Below are positions 35,520 through 48,860 of a stretch of 64,000 bases of DNA, one piece after another. Location: the NCBI GenBank assembly GCA_965153285.1, contig OZ229123.1; one strand, given 5' to 3'. The position numbers and the translations under genes were made by a program. Positions within the stretch are counted from its first letter, which is position 1. Each line of letters starts with the position of its first letter. Under the pieces are notes generated by a model. It was not told the DNA's origin and did not search any database. It saw only the letters and a program-made list of their open reading frames with translations. This stretch comes from Podarcis tiliguerta (taxonomy: Eukaryota).

Positions 35520-37316
35520 TATTCTTTGTTATATACAACTGTGAAATTCCCTTCCTATAAAGCGTATGAACACCTTTCAGAAACATATCCTTTCCAACAG
35601 GCTATAAGATTGGACCCAAACTAGTAAAAATACCTTTTCTAACACCTCCTTCCATAACATTACAAGGCTTTTCTTGTAATGTGTTTGCAGTTTGTGTCTC
35701 ACAAACACTGAGCAGAGTTCTAAGAGGCCGATCAATCAGCAGGAGTTCGGAAGTCGTGTTGTAATTGGCAGCTGTTGCTGCCTGTCACTCTAGAATTGTG
35801 TATTTCAGCCCACCAAGCATAGATGTGTGGAGGCTGGAATTGGGAGGCATGAAGCAATGTTTCTATGAATATGCCAAGTCATACAAAGCTGATCCCTAAA
35901 ACATGACACTCGATGAATTCTGACAGATGCTACAGGTACATCAGTGGCAGGATAGAGTCAAACTGCCTGCTTTTCCTAAGAACATAGGTTTGAGTTGGAA
36001 GGGCAAATATAGTCCCAACTGGAGCTCCATCTAGACTGCCTGTGATATATCAAGAAGTGTGGTGTGGTTTCTGCTTGAAGTGGAAATAGCTACACCTCCA
36101 GTGTAACACCACACATATTTCACTGTAAGCTTCACTCGCTTTCACAACACAGAAACACAGCAACAACTGCCCATATGCCAATTCATGTCTAAGTCCAGAC
36201 GTGGCCAATGAAAGGATGCACTGAAGCTGCATCAAATTGAAAAGAACAGGGCTTCAAGCATTAATCAATTTAACTGAACATTCATCAACCAATGAAGGGA
36301 GCAGGAGGGCTTTAAAATGAATGACATTTTAAAAACCAAATCCGTTTTGACTCTTTTTATTTAAAACGAATGTGACATAGCATTTTCTACTAGTGATGAT
36401 GAAAAAGCTGTTAATTAAACTCTAATTTATCTATATTTCCTTCAATATCCACAAAAACACTATTTGTAATATCCAAATGTAAATAGATTTAATCCATCTA
36501 TTGACATTACGATGATTAGACAATTAAAAACTTTGGACAGCAGCAAGTATGATTCCACAAAAAAGAAATGGGTTGAGATGAACTTTACATTATCATATTC
36601 TTGTACACTTCCCCCCTACCCCACTAATAATTTTATGATCTTGCACTGACAATTCACAAAACTTTGTTAAGTTGCAATGCTTAAGTCCAATGAACTCAGC
36701 AGGGCTTCCTTTTGAATAGATATGTGCAAGACTGAACTGTTTAGTGGCTTATAGGTTTCAGTAAAACCTGTGCAGCTCCTGTTGGGGTTCTGGAATGAAA
36801 CAGCTGCTCCTGGAGACATTAAGCTCTCTGGATTTATAATCCATAGCACTGGACATGCAGAAGCCTATTTTTGGAAGTAATTTTCCTCTTGTTTCAAAGC
36901 TGATGTAGTATAGCCAGACTGCTAAAAACTTCCTGAATGTGCCCTTTAGGTTTTTCATGGGAAGTCATGACCCTAAATAATAATTTTATTGGCATCTTTA
37001 ATTGCTTACCTCAGGCACGTTTGTAATTTTAAGCAAAACAAAGTAATTATAAGACTTAACTGGCTTGATTTTTGTGTTTCCCAGGCATTTATTCTTACAC
37101 TATAAGCTTTATCAGCCAGTAATTATTTCTGCCTACTACTTAACACTTGGTAGGCTAACAAGTAAGGACTAACTGGCCTACTACACAACACACAAGTAGG
37201 AAGAGTCCTGAAATGGTGTGGGAGCCAGTGTAAAGTTATCTTAGGCATGGACTTGCTGCTGTCTGAATTACAGCATCTTAATGGAATGAATGCAAGAATC
37301 ACTGTGCTGGGTTTTG

Positions 37317-37344
37317 TTAACGGTCAGGGGTACCTTTACCTTTT
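37317..37344 (+). mobile_element. Short 3' end of a Sauria SINE
   Basis: TTAACGGTCAGGGGTACCTTTACCTTTT matches the tail of the SINE at 18114-18469. Confidence 0.55.
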
Positions 37345-37689
37345 AATGAAGAATTAGAGAAAAAATGTTTTTAAAGAGTTTTGGGGTACTATTGACCTCT
37401 AAAACAGTTTGTAGTGATATTAAGGGAAGTGAAATGTCTACTATGAAAATGGACAAAATATTCTATTTTTACCCTTCATGTAACTTTCTGACAAGTCACT
37501 TTCTTACAAGAACCACTAAGATTCTACAGGGATGAGAAATATCTAAAATATTAAACATAATTTTGTGGAGTTCTTTTGACCCTGGCAACTTATGTGTATA
37601 GTGTTTCAGTATTATCAGTCTGAATTCTCTATGGTAAGCAGAAGTGATCCCCAAAGCTGTAAGAATAAGGCATACTTTTCTTTAACTAG

Positions 37690-37692
<3 letters not shown>

Positions 37693-37739
<47 letters not shown>

Positions 37740-37751
37740 GTGTGTGTGTGT
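37693..37751. repeat. (CT)n/(GT)n compound microsatellite
   Basis: Seen directly. Confidence 0.95.
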
Positions 37752-38457
37752 AAGAACCACATGGCAATTTATAGCTTACTTTTGTTGAGGGATATCTAGA
37801 GAATGAAGTTGCAGAAGAATAGCACAAAAGTGTTTTCATTTTTTGTATCACTGTTGGGATATTTATTTATATAACCTCCAAACACTAACCGGTAGTTAAT
37901 GTCTAGCCCACTGTGCAAGTATAAAAAATAAGTCTAGTCTATTGTGACCGACCAGAATGTTAAAAATAATTTCCTTACTCCAAAGAGAAGAAAACATGTC
38001 CAACTCATTCAAGTCTCATTCTGTGATGTTGTTGTCTGTTACCATCAACTGGAAGTTTAAATAACCTCTAAAATTTAACAAAGGCACTGTTATCTTTTTT
38101 AAAGATTTGCTTATGCCCAGAGTGCCTACTACTGGAGGCAGGCATTTGTTCTTCCCATGCAGCAGCAGCAGCACACTGAATGGAGAAAAATAAAACAGGC
38201 AGCAGCACCTGTTAACTGGCAGCAATTTGGGGAAAAGACAATGCAGAGTGTTGTGGCAACTTAAAGGCCTAACAGTTTTATTATTATATAAGCTTCCATG
38301 GGCTGCAGCCCATTTCCATCAGATACAAAAACTGTTCTCTTTGAATATTATACACATATATACAGAGGGGGAAATTATAAACAGTAGGGCCTTGAAATGT
38401 AGGAAGGCTATCACATGTCTCTGCAAAGCTAAAATGTATATGAGATATATAGACATA

Positions 38458-38458
<1 letters not shown>

Positions 38459-38492
<34 letters not shown>
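38459..38492. repeat. (AC)n microsatellite
   Basis: Seen directly. Confidence 0.95.
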
Positions 38493-38494
<2 letters not shown>

Positions 38495-38573
38495 ACTTCA
38501 CAACAGGAGTAATTTAAATAGTAACCATTTGAAAAGCTACAGACACTACCCACCCCCCAAAAGGGTAGTGAAG

Positions 38574-38750
38574 CATCATAGAATTGTAGAGTTGAAAAGA
38601 ACCCACTGCAATACAAGAATCTCAACTAGCTCATACATGACAGATGACCATCCAACCTCCAAGGAAAGGGAGTCCACCACCTCTCAGGGGCGTCTGTTCC
38701 GCTGTCAAACAGCTCTTACTGCCGGAAAATTCTTCCTGATGTTCAGCCAC
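38574..38750 (-). mobile_element. CR1 LINE 3' fragment
   Basis: ATCATAGAATTGTAGAGTTGAAAAGAACCC...; similar to 11146-11437. Confidence 0.7.
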
Positions 38751-39327
38751 CTTTGATTCCCCTGGTTTTCCACTCACTTTTAAATAATATTAATCATCTG
38801 TATGACGTGGCGGGGTGGAGAGCCAGGGGTCTTTAGATGTTATTATTTATTAAATTTATTGATCATTTTCAAACATGACCAAAAAAAAACCCCACAAAAA
38901 GTATTCTAAGCAAAAAACAACAACACATACATTAAAACCAGATTTTTTTAAAAAAAAAAACTTGTCTAAAAAATAATTTTACTTTTTTTAAGCTAGATTA
39001 AAATATTCCACTATGCAACAAGGCCATAGATAATGAAAAGCCAAAGGCCTGGTGGGAAAAGTTTGCATTTCCTTAACAAGTATGCTCACCCATGCAAAAA
39101 CACCTGGTGTCTAAAGCCAATTAATCTTAAGTAATCCATCAGATTCTACATCAATCTTGCCTCCACCTTCTCCCCAAAAGAAAACAGTGTGCAAAGTTCT
39201 AAAAGTAGTATGACTTGTTGGGAAAATTGAGTGGAAACTAAAAAATGTAATTCATCAGAGACAAATGCAAAGCTCTGCACATAGTGAAGCAAACATATAT
39301 TCACAAACAGTAATAAGATGGGAGATA

Positions 39328-39587
39328 CAGTCATACCTTGTGTTGTGTCCACTTCATGTTGCGTCTTTTCGCGTTACGTCCTGCGGCAACCCAGAAGTAC
39401 CGGAACAGGTTACTTCCGGGTTTCGCCACTCATGCATGCGCAGAAGCGCCAAATTGTGCTTCGCGCATGTGCAGAAGCACCAAATTGCGCCACATGCCTG
39501 CGCAGACGCAGTGCTTCGAGTTGTGGGCATTTCACAATACGGACGGGCCTCCAGAACGGACCCCGTCCATAACACGAGGTACCACTG
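39328..39587. mobile_element. Tc1/mariner-pogo-type MITE, family B (asymmetric TIRs)
   Basis: CAGTCATACC...GGTACCACTG flanked by TA; internal CATGCGCAGAAG-type repeats. Confidence 0.85.
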
Positions 39588-39614
39588 TACCCTGCTTGGA
39601 AACAGCACATATGA

Positions 39615-39760
39615 AAAGGCTGCAAGAGACCTACAGTGATTTTAGGCTGCATTAATCGAACCACAGTTTCCAAATAACAAGCAACAGTTCCACTTTATTC
39701 TGCATTAGTCACACCTCATCTGGAATTTTATGTCCATTTTGGGGCACTTTAAAAAGGGGT
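39615..39760 (+). mobile_element. CR1 ORF2 remnant
   Basis: Decayed ILGCINR...VPLYSALV.PHLE.YV.F-like coding sequence. Confidence 0.6.
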
Positions 39761-42203
39761 GTGGTACACTGGATTGGACTTTCAGGGCTGCTGTCATTTT
39801 GTTGTATGGAATTCATGTTGGCCTGTTTTGATATTACTGCTTAACTTTGATTTTATGTATTTCTACTCTGGGATCTTTCAGCAAAGGCAGACTATAAAAA
39901 TGGCAAATTAAAAAAACCATCAAACCCGTTTCCAATCTATGCCTAATCATCAACTTTTTAGATGACTTTGACCAAGCCAAATAAATTATACTCTGTTCAA
40001 ACTATATTTTAAATGTTAAATAGGATTACTAATTACCTGTCTCATATGACTCAGTGGCAATGTTCATAAGGCTATAACCACGGTCTAGCACATGTTTGGG
40101 GAACCTAAGGTCTAGGTGCAAAATGGAGTCCCTCTATCGAGTCTCTGGCCACACCCCTTCTTCTCAGGCCACACCTCTCACAAGCCCTATTTCTGTAGTC
40201 TCCTCAAGTGTTTGATTGGCTGGAATGTGTCCTTGAACTGTGATTGCATGGATGAAAATATGTGAAGGGGTGGGAAGAGACACTTGTAGAAACCTCTGAC
40301 TTTGCATGGCTGGAATGTAGCCTACTCTACAAAGGAAAGAGTAGCATCCTTTGCCCCACCTACTTTTGCCTCTGGCATCCAGACCCTACAATTTTTTCCA
40401 CAAGAGAATGTGGCCCTCAGGCTGAAAAAGCCTCCCCACCCCTGCTTTAGCATGATGTGCACAAGATGGAACAATCCCAACAGTGGCATCATCAGCCCAC
40501 ATGGCCTGGAAAATTACTCAGACTGCATTTTGCTTCACTCTCCCTGAAACTTATGACAATAAACTCTGGTTAGTTTAACAAGACAACGTCATAACCCATG
40601 GTTTGGAATTAGCTTGTTCTAAAACTGACAGGAGCTTACTATAAAACATAAGCCAAACAACAAGAAGCTGAGATTCAGGGACAGTGAAACAAAACAGTCA
40701 AAATTGTTTTCCATGCTGTGATAAGGCAGCAGAAAGGAGAGAGCAATGCAGAACCCTGAGGTTCATCACAGCTCATGGCACATCATGCTAAACCACAGTT
40801 AAGTGCAGGAGTTGCCAACAATTTTGAACTCACATGCACCAGTGAGTGGTCAGTGAATATGTACAAGGAGGGTAGGGTTAGCCCATCCCTCCTTACGCTG
40901 CCCTCCTCATCATAATAATGCACCCCCACAGCCAGACACACAGCTATTTGGGAGCTAGCGCAGGCTGGCTTACATACGTAGGATGGTGTCTGCGGGTGAG
41001 CCTCTGCCAGAAGCTGCTCTAGGAGAATCAAACATTCAAGGAAATAGGGAAAATGACTGGGCCTTCGGCAGTGTGTAGGGGCAAAAGGAGAGTAAAAAAC
41101 AAAACAAAAAAAAACCTGGCAAGAAACATTTGGTGGTTTACATGTACCGGCGAGCTGCCCATCTGCAATCTTGTAAAATGTGTAACTGCAGCCTATGAAG
41201 TAATTATTGGACAGTACCTACCATACTATGCAGTGTGATATAAAAGATACATGAACAATTTTCAGATTAAATAAGAAAGTAGTTACTGAAGTGAAATAAC
41301 TCTTACAAAATATAAGCTAGGAAAAAGATGTTATGGGAGCTCAGCAGCTTCCAGCTTCCATGACCAGTAATAATTATTCAGTTACCTCTCTCTTTGTGAT
41401 CAAGAAAGGGCACAAAGGGGGCACAAAACTAGGATTAGGGATCTTTTCAGAAGCTACATCTATTTTTTTTGGGGGGGGGAACCATCAGCCTCTGGCAATC
41501 ATGTATGTAACTTTCTTCAAGGTCATGTTTAAACCTCATAAATTGTTGTCCTAACTGTTCTGTAGAAAGTGACATTTTTTAAATAACATGTTAACAATAC
41601 AATGAATGTATATCTATCCAAAACAAAAACATAATGTAAGAATGATCCCTCAGGCCCAAATACATCAAGCAACTTGTCCTCGAGGTCACACAGAATGCCA
41701 TTAATTTGACTCAGCTCAACTGGTTGCTGCTCATACTTCCTACTAATTTCATTAAAACTAGTTTCCAAATAAACACACTTAATACTGCAGCCTAATGGAA
41801 TTTTGTATTAAAAGCTAAGTCACTGATTAAATAAGGACCATTGAAAGCACACAGTCTAAAATATTTGTAGGAATACTACTTTGTATGTATTTGTACAAAG
41901 TACATCATGAAAAATGTATATGCCTGAATCAGACTTGCCCCTTCTTAAACACAATAACTATATTGGTCTAACTTTCAGTGTCAAAATGCAATATAGAAAA
42001 GTTATTATTTACACATGGCATCTACTCTGCTTGTAACTATTTCCTTGGGAGTCAAGCCGAACTGAATGAAAACAGTATGGGGGGGGCAAAAGAAGAAGAT
42101 ACATGTTTTGTTTTCACACATTCAAAGATCTAAAATTAAACTGAAATTGTGGCACAACAATTTTCTAATGAAATGAGCATTTCCCCCCAAAAGATATACA
42201 AAG

Positions 42204-42485
42204 GCCTCATTTAGACTATGTCTTAGCATTATGTGAACAAACCTCCCGTCCCCAGTGTGGTCATGAAGAGATCTGCTGATGTCACTTCCATTTTAAATAA
42301 ACCATAGCATGAAGTTGACTAGTTCCAGTAAACCATAGTTAAGACTACCCAGTTTGCCCAGCTGCAGTTAGAAACAGAACAAAAGCTTCCCATTTCCTCC
42401 ACACATCCACACCAGAGAGGAATATGAGACTGAGGCTCATTCACAAAACACTACATCATTGGTTAGTGTGATATCCAAATGAGGC
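42204..42485. mobile_element. Old non-autonomous DNA element, possibly Harbinger-like
   Basis: Terminal GCCTCATTT/AAATGAGGC; internal AAACCATAG motifs similar to tracts near 13710-13990 and 40560-40800. Confidence 0.4.
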
Positions 42486-42519
42486 TAAAGAGTACCTCCA
42501 ATTCTCTCCAATACCTCTC

Positions 42520-42599
42520 CAGTACCTCAGGTTAAGAACAGTTTCATGTTAAGAATGGACCTCCAGAACGAATTAAGTTCTTAACCCAAGGTACCACTG
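42520..42599. mobile_element. Truncated family A MITE (one end only)
   Basis: Ends GGTACCACTG-TA; matches the terminal ~75 bp of family A. Confidence 0.75.
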
Positions 42600-42841
42600 T
42601 ACTTATTGATGTAGCATATAGGACATTCAATGTCACCACTGCATTTTAATATGATGGTTGTTTGTTTTTATTTGCTTTTATTGTGTAAAATGTTTTGAAG
42701 ACCTCTACTGTAGTTGGAAAGGTGGAATATAAATATTTTTTTTAAAAAATGACAAAGTGTATGGTTCGCCCACCAAGTAAATTATTTAGCTTGCTGTGAT
42801 CCTAAAGGTTCAATTTGGATTAAATGCATGATATACTAATA

Positions 42842-43075
42842 CAGTGGTACCTCGGGTTAAGTACTTAATTCGTTCCGGAGGTCCGTACTTAACCTGAAAC
42901 TGTTCTTAACCTGAAGCACCACTTTAGCTAATGGGGCCTCCTGCTGCCGCCGGAGCACGATTTCTGTTCTTATCCTGAAGCAAAGTTCTTAACCTGAAGC
43001 AATATTTCTGGGTTAGCGGAGTCTGTAACCTGAAGCGTATGTAACCTGAAGCGTATGTAACCCAAGGTACCATTG
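42842..43075. mobile_element. MITE family A
   Basis: TA-CAGTGGTACCTCGGGTTA...TAACCCAAGGTACCATTG-TA. Confidence 0.88.
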
Positions 43076-46000
43076 TAATTAAAATAAGTATTTTTACTAA
43101 ATTGCTTCACCATTAAAATCTACAACAGCATTTATATTAGCAATTCAGAAGTAGAATATATTGCTACATAACTGATAATTAATTGCAATACAGATATCAT
43201 GACACTTGTATCACTCTGTTCCATATAGCTGATCACACAAGATATCATACATCAAGGTCGGATTGCTGCAATGTGCTGTACGCAGGACTGTCATTTTAAT
43301 TATATGTCTTGTCATTACAGTTGACTCAAAATGCTTCACCCTGCTGTTGACAAGGGTCCATTACTTGGAGCATGCAACTCTGTTGCTACTTCAATCCACA
43401 GTGCTCCGAATGCAATTCCAAGCCCACCTGAAAGTGCAGGTGGTTACCTTTAAACCCCTATATTAGGGTTGCCATATTTCAAAAAGTAAAAACCAGAACA
43501 CCCCAAAAGTTGTTGAGGAAACCACCAAAATTGAGGAACTTGTTGTATATATAAGATATATCTGGTGAATATGAAGGACAGGGCCTTCTTGGTGATGTCA
43601 CCCTTGGGAAGCCAGTTCAGTACCGCCACCCCCACTACCACTTTCCCGGTTTTGTTGTGTTCAGACGTATGTTTGATGTTATCCAATCTCCGAAGTAATG
43701 GATTATCAAGATGCTGTTTTGGTTTTCTGGTGTTTGTTTAAACTGATTATTTTATTTTTGGATTGTAATTTTATTATGTTTTGTGAGCTTCCTCGGGGGT
43801 CCTATTTGGTGCCCCCAAACAGCATTTAAATATATTTAAAGAATAAAACACCATTGCCCCCAAATGAAACAAACTTAGTAGATTCTCCTAGACCCTAAGA
43901 GGAAAGATCTCATGAAAGCCAATACTATCCAAATGGACTGACTTCAGAAGTCTGGTTGAGAGATGCTCTGTAGTCTCTGTTGGCAAATATTTTTTTAATC
44001 ATTTTTTACCAGAGGGAAAGGCTGAAAGGACAGTAATATTGGCTTCACCCAAGCTAGGGCACAGGCAAAGAGCTCTTTGATTTCCTCATTCCTAATGTAA
44101 GTGTAAATAGAGGACTTGGCAGGCACCACCTAATGCACCTTATCCATTCATGATACAGGAAGACATGGCAAAATGATTTTTAATCCCTCCTTTCCACATT
44201 AACTTCATGGAAAGCTCTATCAAAATTTTCATTCTTACACACCTTACTTCCTTTTACTAGTTTCTTAGTTAATGCACTGGAATGAGAAACTGATGTGCAT
44301 ATTGAGAGGGCAGCCTGAGATTGCCTGGGTAAAAGAACAAAACTGTTTATCCCTACCATAGGCACAAACATGAAGTTCAAAGTCAGTAAATAGCAATAAG
44401 GAGCAACATGGGGGGCGGGGGGAGAGAAGAGAAAAGAAAAGTGATCAGTCACAAAGCCATAAATCTGGAAGAACAACTTTGTAATCTCATGCATAGGTCA
44501 GACTTAACAACAGTAATTTGAAACTTATTTCCTCATTTTCAGAGTTTGTATTTCTTCACCAAACATGAAGAAAGCTCACCGAAAATGTTACCGTAGCTAT
44601 ACTGAATTTGAGAGAGCCACTCAATAATAATGACAATGCAAGACTATTCGTTTGGGACCGTATTTTTTATTTCCTTCCCTACATATATATATCCATTCAA
44701 TTAGGTCATATGCTGCTTGAGAAAAGCCACTCACAGAAATGGGTCTGGAAATTTCCAGGGTGCCTGGACACCTAGGTATCAAAGGATTTCATGCTGCAAA
44801 CTCTGATGGCCCTTCTTGAATACTTTGTTCAGGTTTCTGGGTTGAGATATTTTTCCAGACCTGCACCAGAGGAGACTAACATTTGGAAGACCGAAGTGTC
44901 ATGGAACTGCTGAAAACGACAAGCCAAATATAAGGCCAGGAAAGTTTGTTTACATATATCCAACAACAAATTTATACAGTTTACCAGTTAATATTGTATG
45001 CACATTTCAAACAAGTCTGCATATTCTTGAAACAGAAACAATGTCTCTGTTTCAATCAACAAATGAATTCACTGTGCATGCACACACTGACCATTCTGAA
45101 GGATCTTCCACATACTTCACATAAGGTTTAATGTCTACCTAGCAATGTAGAAATATGCTTTCCTATAAATTACTTAGTCCTGGTGTGCAAACACCTTAAA
45201 GTCATTAAATATGTGAGAAAGAAGCTTCCTCATGGTCTACCACTGAAAACCAGTAAAATGCAAACTATTGCAGGTACAGTATATTGAAAATATGATATCA
45301 CACCTGCCCTGCCAATTATAAACTTTGGCACCACAAGTGTTACTCTGAGGAATGACAACTTTGTTTCAATATATTTGCAAGTAGTACATACCCAGTATCA
45401 TTTCTCTTTTCATGTACAAGATTTGAATTGAAAAAACTGAAGCTGCTCCTGGTTTTCAAAACCCACAACTCAAAGACCAGGACAAAACAAATACATTACC
45501 AGGCTTCTACAGGAAAAGGGAAACGCTCTCTCTCAAATTGGGATGTGCTATAAATAAGACGTTTGAAACTGTATGCAGTAGATTTATCAGTGAAGCCTCA
45601 TTGTATCCTAAATGGAATCTGGCAGGGAGAGGCTGGGGAAAGGAGTCCCTGACTCCAATAGGCTCAGGTTGGCAATGAGATGCTATGTGAAGAAGAGGAA
45701 AGATTTGTTGAGTGGATGCAACCCAATGAGGTGGGGATTCACAAAATTTGAAAAACATTGGAGGAGCAAAGAATTTCATAAACCAGAACCACACTCCACC
45801 TGCAAGGAGAAACCACTCACCACTAAATAATGGCAATAAAATGGGATGTATCAGAGCAATGATGCCACATAGGGGTTCTACTCAGAGTAGACCCATTAAA
45901 ACAAATTAAGCAGGCAGGCAAGATACATCAGGGTGGCTGTTGGCTGCCCTGGGCATCAAATACAGAAAGGTGGCTTACAAACTCTTATTAACAAAACAAA

Positions 46001-46234
46001 CAAATCCTGCATGTCCCAGAGAATGTGCTCAGCTAGGAAACAAGACACCATGTGGAAGCAAACAAGGAAGTAGCATCACTAACCATCCAGCTGCCAGTTT
46101 GCAGGGGACATATGCCCCATGCCCTCTGGAAAGGGCCCCAGCTCACCTCCTGCTTTACTTCAGGGGAGCAGCTACAGCTCAAGGAGCAGTGCTCCTGCTT
46201 TGATTGCAAAAGGTCCCAGGGTCAATTGCTAGTA

Positions 46235-46437
46235 CAGTGGTACCTCAGGTTACAGACGCTTCATGTTACAGATGCTTCAGGTTGAAGACTCTGCTAACGC
46301 AGAAATAGTACCTCAGGCTAAGAACTTTACTTCAGTGGGAGGCCCCATTAGCTAAAGTGGTACCTCAGGTTAAGAACAGTTTCAGGTTAAGAACGGACCT
46401 GCAGAACGAATTAAGTTCTTAACCTGACATACCACTG
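46235..46437. mobile_element. MITE family A
   Basis: TA-CAGTGGTACCTCAGGTTA...TACCACTG-TA. Confidence 0.85.
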
Positions 46438-46439
46438 TA

Positions 46440-46658
46440 CAGTGGTACCTCTGGTTAGGGACACAATCCGTTCTGGGGTGCCGTTTGCACCCCAAAAAGT
46501 CCGTAACCAGAGCGGCGCTTCTGCACATGTGATAGAGAGCTTCTGCGCAGAACGCTTCTGCACATGCAGAGAAACCCGAAAGTGAACACTTCTGGGTTTG
46601 CCGCATTCTTGACCCGAAAAAATGCAACATGAAGCGTTCGCAAGAAGAGGTATGACTG
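46440..46658. mobile_element. MITE family B
   Basis: TA-CAGTGGTACCTC...GAGGTATGACTG-TA; shares its left TA with the preceding element. Confidence 0.85.
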
Positions 46659-48434
46659 TATCTCCTGTTAAAAGGACCACATCAAATGATGGAGAAAGGA
46701 CTCTGCCTGTGATCCTGGCTGACTAATAAACCTAGCCAAAATCTGAAAAGCCCCCAAAACAATAACTCTAAAAGTAATTCTCTGATGCAAAAGTGGAAGC
46801 TCAGGAGAAGAAAGAATATGCCCATTTCACTGAAATGAAGTTTGTTTTCTATTTAGGCAATGCTTTATTACAGGCAGGAAAAGTAGCACTCAAATGTGTT
46901 CATTCTTCTGTCACCCATGTACAACATTTATTAAAGCATCACAGGTGTTCGGTACCTCCATTCTTTCATGTGCAGATGAGATACAACTATCATACTTCAC
47001 ATGGCTACCATTAAATTAAACCAGTAACTTACATTTTCATTTCTGTGGGCCATTTTCCATTCAAAGCCCTTTGTTTACACTAATAATTAACCTTTGCAGC
47101 ACCAGCCCTTTGTAATAGATTGGAAATAAATATTACTATTTTTGTTCAATACAAGCTAGCAGTAATTAATGCTCACAAATGGATTTGAAACCTTCTAGGG
47201 AAAACAGGAGTCAAACTAGTGCTGTACTCATATATCAACAAGAGATGACACTGTCTTCAAATTTCTCAAAGATTTATTTTTATGAGGCCTTTGACTTGGC
47301 TCCCTTGTTCCTATGTCCTATAGTGTTCTTCACCAACTGGGTGCCCTTCTGGTTGTTTTGGACTATAACAAAAAAAGGGAGCTGTGGTACAAAACTTTTG
47401 GAAAACACCAGGTTGCCCGGCTGCAATTAAACCTGCAACCAAGCTTAAGCCATTGCAACAACAGCTTATTCCTTCCCCGTTTATCTCACCTGCCCTTCCC
47501 CTGCTCTCAATGTATCAAATTTTAGATTGTAAGCTCCTCAGGGCATGTCTCCCTAAAGCACCACAGGCACTGACAGTGTTATATAAATAGCAATAATAAG
47601 AAAGTGAATCCATAAACAAAGTTGGAGTTGTAAACTCCCATATTAGAAACTCAGCACTTGGGAGTATTATTAGTTTAGAATTCGGCAGACACATTCAAGC
47701 ACTGTGCTTTGATACTATTTCCACCACAAGCCATGAGCAGGTGAAGCACTGCTGATGCCAAACAGGTAACTACATTCATTCAGATTTAATTGCCCAAATA
47801 TTGAGAGCAACAGGCAGCCTCAGTGCAGAGTTGTATACATTTGTTCAGCAACACAATCTGATAATTCCTACTATTTTGATGCAGCTGATGGATGAGTAAA
47901 ACATACCACTTGACTCCCAGTCCCCATAAACCATATATTGTTGTACTGATTGCTGTGAATACTCTTTATCTCCATAATAATAGCTTAGCTACTTGAGTTC
48001 AATGAAATATTGTCTCACTTTTCCTATCAAAGGACCCCCAATTGCTTTATTCTTGGTATGCGTTTGGCAGACAAAGCCACATCCAAAGCATCACTGGCAG
48101 GTACTTGGTTGCCTGGACACATTCTTCAGTGCCATTGTGAGCAGTCAAAATTTGTCCTACCCCAGCAGAGGTATGGCCCCTTAGCTTAGAACATGCCACA
48201 AGTCCTTAAGGATTTGAGCTTAATTCTATGGCCAAGACAATATCCTCTCCCCACAGTCTCAACAAATACATTAAAAAGGAACACTGGGTAGCCCCACATT
48301 GGACATTCCTAATAAACAACTATAGAGATGAAGGGCAACCACAGACCAGGAGTATAATACATGGCTTACAGGAGCTTTCCATGCCTGAATAAATTCCAAA
48401 TGACTCACAAAAATGTTATGTCAGATTCTGAGTG

Positions 48435-48540
48435 GGGAGACCCAGGTTCAATTCCACCAATCAGTGAAGCTCCTTGGGTGACCTTGGGCCAGTTACCCTG
48501 TCTCAACTTAACCCTCCTCACAGGGCTGTTGAGAAGCTAA
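48435..48540 (+). mobile_element. MIR-like CORE-SINE fragment
   Basis: GACCCAGGTTCAATTCC...GTGACCTTGGGCCAGTTAC...CCTCACAGGGCTGTTG. Confidence 0.6.
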
Positions 48541-48694
48541 AATTATAAATGTTGCCTGGAGCTCTCTTTTTTAAAGGAGCCAAAAATGCATATATTAAGA
48601 TACCTTCCATATTAAGCAGCGGATCCACAATACACTCCTCAGCATGACAGGAACCATCGTCCCACACCTGGTTGTGTATCAAGTGCTCAGGCAC

Positions 48695-48860
48695 AGTGCA
48701 TAGGAAGCCGTCTGATACAAAGTCATACCACTGGACCACCTGCCCACACAGATAGGCAGCAGTGACTCTCCCGGGTGGCATGCAAGAGACCACCCCAATC
48801 CCACCTGAGATGTGACTGGGAACTGAACCTGGGACGTTTTGCATGACAAGCAGGCTTCGC
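48695..48860 (-). mobile_element. Degenerate tRNA-derived SINE
   Basis: Antisense B-box-like GGGAACTGAACCTGGGACGTTTTGCATG. Confidence 0.45.

Noticed and set aside
36392-36470. C-box-like GTGATGA as a possible snoRNA
   Set aside because: Antisense to the host gene, with no D box or terminal stem
41529-41768. Protein-looking minus-strand ORF (ETSFNEISRKYEQQPVELSQINGILCDLEDKLLDVFG)
   Set aside because: TTG start, in-frame stop shortly upstream, no clear splice sites and no family I recognise; BLASTX would settle it
42520-46658. Recurring GTACCTC..GTTAAGAAC units resembling a repeat array
   Set aside because: Explained by MITE TIRs and subterminal repeats; vertebrate DNA with no repeat-spacer periodicity, so not CRISPR
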